Of a stretch of 64,000 bases of DNA, positions 9,428 through 17,828 are shown piece by piece. How positions within the stretch are numbered: position 1 is the first letter of the stretch; every line of letters starts with the position of its first letter. The notes beneath the pieces were generated by a model that worked only from the letters and a program-made list of their open reading frames with translations, had not been told where the DNA came from and did not search any database. Source of the stretch: Gammaproteobacteria bacterium. GTDB taxonomy: Bacteria; Pseudomonadota; Gammaproteobacteria; UBA4575. The translations under genes and the position numbers were made by a program. Where the stretch lies: assembly GCA_965222615.1 (NCBI GenBank), contig CBDCUI010000007.1, forward strand, positions 576,001 through 640,000. Reading direction: 5' to 3'.

Positions 9428-10579
9428 TCAATCTTGTTTACCAAAAATCGCCAAGTAGCTTTCAAACCAAAACATCTGGCTTCGTTGTCTTCCCGTAAAT
9501 TCTTTCAACACACCATATTTAACAAAATCTTTCACGAGTGCCGCGGCTGTATTAGTTTTTATATTCAGAAGTTCTGATACAGATTTAATGTTCACAACTG
9601 GAGCTTCATAGAGGTGTTTCATCAGCGTTTGGGCATTTTTTTGTCTCCGAGTACTAAAATGTGGTAACACTTTTTGCTCTAATCTTAATTTTAGTTCAAA
9701 TATATCTTTAAAGACTTGGATAGAGTTTTTTGCAGTCTCGACCACACCATACAAAAAGAAAATCACCCATTGCTTCATATGATTTGATTCACGAACTGCC
9801 ATTAAGCGATCAACGTATTGAGTTTTATTTCGTTCAAAATAATCAGAAAGGTAGAGAGCAGGTTTTTGTAGTAATCCAAAACTGGCAAAGTAAAGAGCAA
9901 TCATCAGCCTCCCAAGTCTTCCATTACCATCTAGGAATGGATGGATTGTTTCAAATTGATAATGGAGAATTGCAATTTTGATTAAGTGCGGTATTTGAAG
10001 TACATCATTGTGTATAAACAATTCCAGATCACTCATTAGCTCTACTACTTCATCTTGGTGAGGCGGTATAAATACAGCATTTTTTAAGCTAACCCCGATC
10101 CAGTTTTGACTAATTCGAAACTCTCCCGGTTGTTTACCCTCACCCCTGACACCTTGCATTAGTATTCTATGCGTATCCCTTAACAATCGATTGGACAGCG
10201 GTAGTTCCTCTAACTGTTCAATAGCGTAATTAATTGCTTCGACATAGTTTTGTACTTCTTGCCAATCGTCTCGTTTCTCAGGTTCAATATCTTGTTCATC
10301 TAACAAAGCCTCTTCCATATTAGTCCGTGTGCCCTCAATTCGGCTGGATTGAGTAGCTTCCTTAGTAATATGCATTTTGATAAAAAAATCGACATCGGGA
10401 ATTAACTGTGAAAACGCATTAAGTTCTCCCAATACGCGATCAGCTTCGCTTAGTAATTGTTGTATTTCAGGGTCAGATAATGACCAGGGGTGATTTATGA
10501 GTTCTGGTTTAAAACTCTTATATTGGTATTGCTGCTGATAACTGCCTGATTTATAATCGTTTATGTCCATTAATGTCAA
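9428..10579 (-). CDS. Fic family protein (Fic_N + Fic + probable C-terminal wHTH)
   Basis: Canonical HPFLDGNGRLGR motif and inhibitory-helix-like SSRIEG; start may be ATG at 10570. Confidence 0.93.
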   Translation of the reverse strand: MTLMDINDYKSGSYQQQYQYKSFKPELINHPWSLSDPEIQQLLSEADRVLGELNAFSQLIPDVDFFIKMHITKEATQSSRIEGTRTNMEEALLDEQDIEPEKRDDWQEVQNYVEAINYAIEQLEELPLSNRLLRDTHRILMQGVRGEGKQPGEFRISQNWIGVSLKNAVFIPPHQDEVVELMSDLELFIHNDVLQIPHLIKIAILHYQFETIHPFLDGNGRLGRLMIALYFASFGLLQKPALYLSDYFERNKTQYVDRLMAVRESNHMKQWVIFFLYGVVETAKNSIQVFKDIFELKLRLEQKVLPHFSTRRQKNAQTLMKHLYEAPVVNIKSVSELLNIKTNTAAALVKDFVKYGVLKEFTGRQRSQMFWFESYLAIFGKQD

Positions 10580-10692
10580 ATAAGTAGCTAGTTTTCGATA
10601 TAAAGGATTTATAATATCGAAATGTAAGGGCCAATCAAGCTAATGTCAAATTATAGGGTGGTTTTCGATATAAGCATTTTCTAATATCGAAA
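10571..10692 (-). promoter_or_regulatory. duplicated 52-bp unit, each with inverted repeat TTTCGATAT-N12-ATATCGAAA, flanking a TTGACA-N17-TACATT promoter for fic
   Basis: Repeats at 10571-10622 and 10641-10692 (70-bp period); minus-strand TTGACA at 10644-10649 and TACATT at 10621-10626. Confidence 0.65.
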
Positions 10693-10846
10693 AGTGCGAA
10701 AATCGGCTGCTCTGCTCTATTTACTGAATGATCTCTCTTGGTTGTGTAGACAGTTACCCCAAAAATACAGTTATTGACAGAGCCCCAAGGCTACTCACCC
10801 CTGAGGCTACAGGAAAAAAGCCAGAGCCCTTTTTTATATGCTGTAT

Positions 10847-11233
10847 CTACAGACATTCAATCACTTTTTTCAGCTTTTCTTGTACTTGATTCGCAACATC
10901 CCCTAATTCAGCATTTTCAATTGCTTGCATAGAGGCAATTGGATCCACGGCTGAAACTTCTATCTCACCATCATTCGTTTCTTGAACAACTACATTGCAT
11001 GGCAACATAATGCCTATTTTATCTTCTGCTTGCAGGGCTTGATATGCAAATGGCGGATTGCACGCGCCCAAAATTCGATAATTTTTATAATCGACGTCTA
11101 ATTTCTTTTTCAAAGTTGCTTTCACATCGATGTCTGTAAGTACACCAAATCCTTCTTTTTTTAACTCCTCTGTAACCTTTTCTACGGCTTCATCGAACGG
11201 AATTTTCATTGTGGTACTAAAGTAATAGCTCAT
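10847..11233 (-). CDS. DUF302 domain protein
   Basis: GFGVLTDID...YRILGACNP...IGIMLPCNVVV. Confidence 0.9.
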   Translation of the reverse strand: MSYYFSTTMKIPFDEAVEKVTEELKKEGFGVLTDIDVKATLKKKLDVDYKNYRILGACNPPFAYQALQAEDKIGIMLPCNVVVQETNDGEIEVSAVDPIASMQAIENAELGDVANQVQEKLKKVIECL

Positions 11234-11289
11234 AATTTTCCTTTATAAAAATAATTGTATGAAATAAAAGGGCCTGTCTATTTTAATTA

Positions 11290-11445
11290 TTAACGACCCT
11301 TTAAAAAGCGCACAAAGTTAATAAGCAAGTTCATCGCGGTGATTACAACCAGAGCAATTATTAACATTTTAACAACTGTGACACTATCATGAAGTCTTGT
11401 GACTTCTAATGATAGAGCTTCCATTTGATCAATCATCTCAAACAT
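11290..11445 (-). CDS. small single-pass membrane protein, 51 aa (below ORF-track cutoff)
   Basis: MFEMIDQMEALSLEVTRLHDSVTVVKMLIIALVVITAMNLLINFVRFLKGR; SD-like AAGGGAG upstream; co-oriented with DUF302 gene. Confidence 0.6.
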   Translation of the reverse strand: MFEMIDQMEALSLEVTRLHDSVTVVKMLIIALVVITAMNLLINFVRFLKGR

Positions 11446-11651
11446 ATTTTTAAGCTCCCTTTACTAATTCGATTCCATTTACAGTTATACGCCACTATAA
11501 ACGCTAAATTATTATTGACAATACCGGATTTATCTAGTCAATTTCCGCTTTTTGTAATCACCCCATATTCATAAACAAACCGGGCATGTGCGATAATTAA
11601 GTAAACCACGAATACATCTATGGCGTTAAATCTCTAGAAAGTTTAAGTAAG

Positions 11652-12047
11652 ATGGAAGAATTCTCGTCTAAAATTGACACCTGGTTACTTATTATTTTTA
11701 TTGTCACAATTTTAGTATGTGTTTGGGCAGCTTTTGTTAGTATTAGAAAAGGTGGAGTAACGGGTTATCTTTCCGCACTAATTGTTTTTTTAATCGGGAT
11801 CGTTTTACCATTTTGGGTACTGCTATCAACAAAATATATTATCGATCATGAAGAACTGGTTGTAAGATCTGGGCCTTTTTCATGGACAATTCCGATTGCT
11901 TCAATATCTTCCGTACAAGACACTAGAAATTCACGATCAAGTCCAGCGCTTTCCTTAGATCGCCTTCGAATAAACTACCATAACGGTAAGGCCATCATGG
12001 TTTCACCGAAAAATAAAGAAGAGTTTAGAAAAACAATTGGTCACTAA
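11652..12047 (+). CDS. bacterial PH-domain membrane protein (bPH_5-like)
   Basis: FSSKID.WL, two TM helices, L.VRSGPF, SSPALSLDRLRI, VSPKNKEEF. Confidence 0.8.
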   Translation: MEEFSSKIDTWLLIIFIVTILVCVWAAFVSIRKGGVTGYLSALIVFLIGIVLPFWVLLSTKYIIDHEELVVRSGPFSWTIPIASISSVQDTRNSRSSPALSLDRLRINYHNGKAIMVSPKNKEEFRKTIGH

Positions 12048-12115
12048 AAAATTCAGCTAGCGTTACTACTTGCTAAATTTAATAGGATAAAAAGCACCTA
12101 TAAATACTTCTATCG

Positions 12116-12907
12116 CTAAGTATCATTGTAAATATGATAGTGATCTCGTCCCACAAAACATAGTTTTGAAGACGGTAGCGATGAAGTATCTGGCACATAA
12201 TAAATCGATGCAGTGGTATGCTGTAATGCATCTAAGTGGGTTTGTATTTGTTTCGCATGACGAATTGGTAATGAGATGTAAATTTCATCGATATGGTTAT
12301 GTTTTACATATTCTGCCAGCTCAGACATTTGACCAAGCACCTTGCCTTGCTTAAGTGGCTCAATTTGTTCTATATTTTGATCATCAAAGTATCCAACAAA
12401 ATCTCTTGCTAAATTTTGATTTTGTGAGAATTGCTCAATTAATGTTTGACTCACTTCCGTTGCACCTGCAAACACAACTCTTCGTGCATCACTGGTACTT
12501 GGAAATAAAACACTCTTGAGACGATTTAGTGCTACCTGCATAAGCCGTAGAGGCAAAGGTGTAATAACAAACCACGTAAAAAGCACAAGGTAAGAATATG
12601 TCTGTGAGTATTTAATCAAATTTCCTATAAGCAAAAGTATCCCTATGATTATCATCCATACTACTAACAAATTGGCCTTGTTATCTTTAAAACTATCTGC
12701 GTCTTGCGACCATAAAGACTCTATTTCACGAATAATAAAAAAGGTTAGTAAAAATGAAACTACAACGAGAATCTTATAATGATCTTGCAAAGGCATTTCA
12801 TATAGCGCCATCGTTAACAACAGTGTTGTAACAACTACGCATGCGTGGCTTACCCAGCCCCAAATTTCGATAAATCTATAAACCATTATATGTGCAAAAA
12901 CTTCCAT
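12116..12907 (-). CDS. WcaJ-like N-terminal fragment (TM bundle + Rossmann-like domain) lacking the sugar-transferase catalytic domain
   Basis: 4 TMs then RRVVFAGA, FVGYFDD, IDEIYISLP, TTASIYYVPD; ORF stops about 23 aa later. Confidence 0.65.
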   Translation of the reverse strand: MEVFAHIMVYRFIEIWGWVSHACVVVTTLLLTMALYEMPLQDHYKILVVVSFLLTFFIIREIESLWSQDADSFKDNKANLLVVWMIIIGILLLIGNLIKYSQTYSYLVLFTWFVITPLPLRLMQVALNRLKSVLFPSTSDARRVVFAGATEVSQTLIEQFSQNQNLARDFVGYFDDQNIEQIEPLKQGKVLGQMSELAEYVKHNHIDEIYISLPIRHAKQIQTHLDALQHTTASIYYVPDTSSLPSSKLCFVGRDHYHIYNDT

Positions 12908-13705
12908 TTTTTTACACGCGGCTTGACTGTGTTTGTCAAACCTTAAGTCTCCTCAGCTCCTCTATTTGCTTTATCTTTTTATAAAAATTTAACTTTGTAA
13001 AGTGAAATTACAGTTTTACTTCCACATTCTATCGCTTGATTATTACCTTTTATTTTTTCAACTTAGTAAATTATTGAGTTGATGTTAATTTATTATTTTG
13101 TAAATAAAAGAAAACAAACCCTAGTATTAATTATTAATTAGTTGTCGTGCTAACAACGGTCATTCAATACATTTGAGTATTAATACACTGAATATTCTTA
13201 GTTTTAAAAATAACTATGTGTAATAGTCAAATACAGTTTAATATTATTTATTTCCTGGACCTTTGAACGTTCAGACTTATGGAATGGCCCACGTGCTGGG
13301 GTGCGTGTAGATAGCGATATGTATTTGAGTGCTGAATGTATTGGGATATGATGTTTGTATACTTAGGAATATTTTCTGATTGGCCCGCTAGGGTGGCTTA
13401 TTTATGCAAACTGTATGGGAACTCGATAAAACGGTGAGCGTTTAAAAGCATAACTTATTGTAATAGAAGATATTTTTTAAAGTGTCACTGGTTTGTTAAG
13501 GATGATTGATTAGTGACTGAAGATCCCAAAACCTACTCATACAAGTGCACAAAAATATCCAAACTACCCATACACAGATGAATTGATCTTCAACACTAGT
13601 ACACCATTCATCCGAATAAATCATCCGTTTAACTCTGAAGATATTAGTTACCCTATTATTTTTAATTTACGCTGTAACCTTGTAGAGGAGAACAGGGGTT
13701 TTTTT

Positions 13706-13909
13706 ATGTCGAGCAGCAAGGAGCGACGCTCAGGTATAGACCGTAGACAAGCGCCCAAAATTAGATATTTTCCAATTTTAGATTCTAAAGGTCGTTACAT
13801 TAAACGCGATCGTAGAAGTGGTCTCGAGCGACGTGTAAATTCACATGCTACACATCAATTCATGCCAGCCAATGAATATTTAGCTCCGTTAGCAGAGTTT
13901 CAAGACTAA
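13706..13909 (+). CDS. small basic protein with repeated (E/D)RRxxx(D/E)RR motifs (67 aa)
   Basis: MSSSKERRSGIDRRQ...RDRRSGLERR; GAGGAG upstream of ATG 13706. Confidence 0.6.
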   Translation: MSSSKERRSGIDRRQAPKIRYFPILDSKGRYIKRDRRSGLERRVNSHATHQFMPANEYLAPLAEFQD

Positions 13910-13928
13910 TCGTTTTATCTTGCAAAAA

Positions 13929-14591
13929 TCACAGGTGTCCGGTTTTAACAAAAATTACACAGCCTTCTCTAGTAAATGGCGTGTGACAACTGTTTGGTGG
14001 ATTTCTTAACCAAGTCCCGGTTGGGTAACTACCCATTTCATCTTCAAAAGTCCCTTCGAGAACAAATATTTCCTCACCACCAATATGTGTATGCGGTTGA
14101 AACACCGTATTGGCCTCCCACTTTACTAACGCAACATGTTCCCCATTGTATTCATGCAAAGGCATGACTTTTAAACCTTCTACTAAGCCAGGAAGCCAAG
14201 CTTGTTGTTGTGTTTGAATATTTAGTCGACGGTTATCGTTTGCCTGAAACTGCTGTAGCTTCACCAATATGGTACAACCCTGTTCACTATATGGCGCGTG
14301 ACTAGAGCCAGCTGGATTCCGCAAATAACAACCGGCATGATAATCTCCATGGTTATCGGAAAAAGTACCCTGTAATACGAATATTTCCTCGCCATTAACG
14401 TGTTTATGCGGTGGGAAAGAGCTACCCGGTAAATATCGCACTACAGTGGTCACAGGTTCAGAATCACCTTTTAATCTTTCCAGGCGCTTGCGTAACACCC
14501 CCTCTGCCTCGGAAGTCTCCCATTCCATATGCTCTGTCTGCAAAACTACACGCTGGCTGCGATCTGCATTAAGTTCTTGTATGGTTTCCAT
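13929..14591 (-). CDS. ChrR-like tandem cupin protein
   Basis: Two cupin repeats (HKH.NGEEIFVLQG...YLRNP...H; HTH.GGEEIFVLEG...WLRNP...H), ends VKTGHL. Confidence 0.88.
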   Translation of the reverse strand: METIQELNADRSQRVVLQTEHMEWETSEAEGVLRKRLERLKGDSEPVTTVVRYLPGSSFPPHKHVNGEEIFVLQGTFSDNHGDYHAGCYLRNPAGSSHAPYSEQGCTILVKLQQFQANDNRRLNIQTQQQAWLPGLVEGLKVMPLHEYNGEHVALVKWEANTVFQPHTHIGGEEIFVLEGTFEDEMGSYPTGTWLRNPPNSCHTPFTREGCVIFVKTGHL

Positions 14592-14623
14592 GCCTGAATA
14601 ATTTATTATCTAATCTAATAAAA

Positions 14624-15112
14624 ATGCGCTCGTCTTCTTACAAAATTTGGTTGTTACTATTAATTCTATTAGCAGCAATTTTGCTTGCTATAGGTTTAGT
14701 CGCGCCGATTATTACTTTTAAAAAATTTATCTTTATTCAAAATACATTTTCTATACTTAGTGGGACTTGGCAACTTTTACAAGACGGACAGTTGTTTTTA
14801 TTTGTAATCATTACATTATTTAGCATCATTTTACCAATATTTAAGCTCGGCTTACTTACCAAACTGACATTTAGCTCAGATGCTATTAGCGCAAGTAGTG
14901 AAAAAACTTTAGCGCTGATACATCGAATAGGCAAATGGTCGATGTTAGACGTATTTGTCGTAGCAATACTTGTGGTGGTAGTAAAGCTAGGTGCAATAGC
15001 AGATGTCGAAAAACATATCGGCCTATATGCCTATGCGTCGGCGGCAATTTTGATCATGTTAATTACTAACACCATAGTCAAAATGAAAGAAGCTAACATC
15101 GAGGAAAAATAA
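14624..15112 (+). CDS. paraquat-inducible protein A (PqiA) domain membrane protein
   Basis: FSIILP.FKL and GKWSMLDVFVVA signature; single domain, no pqiB adjacent. Confidence 0.85.
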   Translation: MRSSSYKIWLLLLILLAAILLAIGLVAPIITFKKFIFIQNTFSILSGTWQLLQDGQLFLFVIITLFSIILPIFKLGLLTKLTFSSDAISASSEKTLALIHRIGKWSMLDVFVVAILVVVVKLGAIADVEKHIGLYAYASAAILIMLITNTIVKMKEANIEEK

Positions 15113-15475
15113 TATGCTTAAACTAATAAAATATTCGCTACTGATTAGCATTTAGCAAAAATCAGGAACTTTGATTCGAAATCAAATTTGATTTAGAACT
15201 TGCTTGGAAATGGCATGAAAAATTAGAGGGGTGCCTTCCTTGGCTTTGGGGACTTCCTTACATTTATATGACAGTATTTCTTATTTTTAGTTCGCCGTAA
15301 TTCTCGAATAAGCTTTAACATCCGTGTTACATTTTCCTATTAAAATAAACTGCATGCCCACGTATAAAAGACCGTGGCATTAGTAATATTATTACTGATG
15401 ATTTTTAACCGCTATCCTGTATATGCCTGAATAAGGTACGAAAACTAAGGTTTTGTTAAGTTTACAATCTGTGTA

Positions 15476-15504
15476 GGAACTTATTCATTCACAGGCTTGT
15501 CATA
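15476..15504 (+). promoter_or_regulatory. possible sigmaE/ECF-type promoter for the downstream operon
   Basis: GGAACTT-N17-TCATA, about 115 bp upstream of ATG 15618. Confidence 0.35.
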
Positions 15505-15617
15505 GAGTTACAACTTTATTTGCCCTTCGTAATCCCAATTGCAGTATAGTGTGGACTTTAGCAAGTCTAAATGCCTGATAGGCTTGATTGTTTAAGCTAT
15601 AAGATGAATTTAGGAAT

Positions 15618-16355
15618 ATGGTGTATCGGCTAATATTTGTACTTGTTGTTGCGATAGGTATAGGAGCCTGCAGTAGCTCCTCGTCTGTCGGCCTGCCTAA
15701 AATCCCCAGTCCTTCATCCAGTGAACCACAAACTAGCTCTGAAGCAGCCGAAAAACAAGCCAAACAAACTGAACAAAGCAAGCCCTCTAAACAAGCAGAC
15801 AGTTCCAGCAGTAAAGAACAACAAGACGAGGCACCAGCAAGTGCTCAGACCGAAGAAGAAAAAGTAGCGGTACTCGACAAACAACTGGAAGAGGAATTGC
15901 GAAGTTACGATGAAGAATTACACAAAGAGCTAGAAAAAGCTGAAGCAGAAAAACAAGCTCAAGCTGCAGAACAAGAAGCCAAACAACAAGCCGAATTAGA
16001 ATCAGCAGAAGACGAAGCCATGGAAGAGGCTGGCGACACTGGTGAAGAACAGGAGTCTGGCCAACAAGGTGAACAAGTTGCTAAGGCGGGTTCACCCACC
16101 GCTGAACCTTCAGCCGATAGTGATGCAGGTGAGAACAGCCAATCAAGCACTGGAACACAAGACAAAGGCGCTACTGGTAGAACCCCAAAAGATATCCCAA
16201 GTGGTGACGATGATGATGTTGTCGCACGACAACTAAGAGAGGCAGCAGAAAAAGAACCTAACCCTGAACTTCGAGAAAAACTATGGGAAGAATATCGTAA
16301 ATATAAAAAACAACAAGCAAGTGTTAGTGCTCCAACCCCTAACGTAGAAAAATGA
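15618..16355 (+). CDS. acidic low-complexity lipoprotein of unknown function
   Basis: Lipobox IGAC; E/Q/A-rich coiled coil; C-terminal DDDVVARQLREAAEKE.NPELREKLWEEY. Confidence 0.75.
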   Translation: MVYRLIFVLVVAIGIGACSSSSSVGLPKIPSPSSSEPQTSSEAAEKQAKQTEQSKPSKQADSSSSKEQQDEAPASAQTEEEKVAVLDKQLEEELRSYDEELHKELEKAEAEKQAQAAEQEAKQQAELESAEDEAMEEAGDTGEEQESGQQGEQVAKAGSPTAEPSADSDAGENSQSSTGTQDKGATGRTPKDIPSGDDDDVVARQLREAAEKEPNPELREKLWEEYRKYKKQQASVSAPTPNVEK

Positions 16356-17536
16356 ACAAACAAGCAAGCCTTTTTCATCTTTTATTATTAATTCTCATTA
16401 GCAGCTTTCAGTTCAGCGGCTGTGCAACAAATACAGTAAAAGTTGATGGTGCAGAAAAAATAGAAACTGAAACTGTACAGTTACAAGAAGACAACTTGTT
16501 AGACGTGGGTATATTGTTGTTCGAAAAAGGTGAAATAACTGAAAAGCAAGAAGAAGATGAAGGCGTGCATGAAGACATACGTAAAGCCGAAGCACGTTAT
16601 ATGGCTTATCACCTTAAAGAAACGATGCAACGCGCCAATGGCTGGGGGGCCATTCGTGTGTTACCAACGGAATCGCAAATAGCCGATGTGATTGTACGCG
16701 GTACAATTATTTCCTCTAACGGTGAAGAATTAATAGTAAAAATGAACATCGTTGATAGCACAGGTCAGTTATGGTTTGAAAAAACCTATAAAACTGCTGC
16801 CGATGAAGAATCTTATCGTTATGCAAAACCTGGCAGAGATGTTTATCAACATGTTTATAACCGTATAGCAAATGACATACGCAAACATCGAAAAAAATTA
16901 ACCGAAAAAGAAACTATCACGATTAGAAATACTTCTGAATTGCGCTATGCAGCAGGCCTTTCACCCGATCCATTTGCAAACTATATTGATTCTGGTCCAA
17001 ATGGACAAAACACTATTGCACGATTGCCCGCTTCTAACGACCCAATGTTAAATCGCGTGCGTAAAGTTAGAGAACGTGAGTTTTTATTTGTTGACACTAT
17101 AAATGAGCATTACTCAAACTTTTACAATGAAATGTGGGACCCTTATGAGAATTGGCGAAAGTTTTATTTAATAGAAGCTGAACAACGACGTGAAGTAGAA
17201 CGACGCGCTAATCAAACAAAATTTATTGCTGCAGTGGTAATGATAGCAGGTATCTTTAGAGGGCCTGGTTTATTCACTACTGGAGCACTTTTATATAAAA
17301 ACGGAATGGATATAAGTAATGAAGCCGATATTCACGATGAGGCCATTCGTGAGCTCGGTGACTCTCTGCAGGCTGAAGTTAGCCCCTTGGTTGTAGAGAT
17401 ACAAGGACAAACTGTTGAGTTGACTGGTTCGATTGAAGAGCAATACCAGAAGTGGCGCAAGTTACTACGCGAAATTTATATTAATGAAACCGGTTTTGCC
17501 TTAGACGACAGCACAACAGAAAGCGCACAACTTTAG
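16352..17536 (+). CDS. lipoprotein of unknown function
   Basis: Lipobox FSGC; 394 aa; glycine-rich hydrophobic segment near residue 300; 4-bp overlap with upstream gene. Confidence 0.75.
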   Translation: MNKQASLFHLLLLILISSFQFSGCATNTVKVDGAEKIETETVQLQEDNLLDVGILLFEKGEITEKQEEDEGVHEDIRKAEARYMAYHLKETMQRANGWGAIRVLPTESQIADVIVRGTIISSNGEELIVKMNIVDSTGQLWFEKTYKTAADEESYRYAKPGRDVYQHVYNRIANDIRKHRKKLTEKETITIRNTSELRYAAGLSPDPFANYIDSGPNGQNTIARLPASNDPMLNRVRKVREREFLFVDTINEHYSNFYNEMWDPYENWRKFYLIEAEQRREVERRANQTKFIAAVVMIAGIFRGPGLFTTGALLYKNGMDISNEADIHDEAIRELGDSLQAEVSPLVVEIQGQTVELTGSIEEQYQKWRKLLREIYINETGFALDDSTTESAQL

Positions 17537-17592
17537 CTCGTGTGTTCTACGCGCGTAACCTAAGCGCACTAAACTGAATTTTAAAAACTTAA

Positions 17593-17803
17593 GGAAACAT
17601 TGATTTATTAGCGATAGCGACTGAGACTAGGCAAAAATGTCGAGACAAATTTGCCAGGAGCAAATTTGGGAGGCTCTGCTAGCCGCAGGCCGAGCACCAG
17701 GAAGGTGCGAGTCAAAGTAGAGTTTACACATTTGTTTGCGGCTTCGCCCGCCCCGCATTTTGAGACATTTTTTAACGATGGATCAGAATAAATTAGAGTT
17801 TGC
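17593..17803 (+). mobile_element. MITE-like palindromic element (IS5-like ends) carrying a nested insert of about 70 bp
   Basis: Ends GGAAACATTGATTTATT / AATAAATTAGAGTTTGC, flanked by TTAA/TTAG; shares GCGATAGCGAC, AGGCAAAAA, GCATTTTGAGA, TTTTTAACGA and ATCAGAATAAAT with 61816-61946. Confidence 0.7.
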
Positions 17804-17828
17804 TTAGTCTGGTTTGCACCTGGGTGCT

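Noticed and set aside
15226-15260. AGGGGTGCC...GGCT resembling the start of a TPP riboswitch
   Set aside because: The invariant CTGAGA and downstream ACCTG...GGGA elements are missing, and it is not upstream of a thiamine gene.
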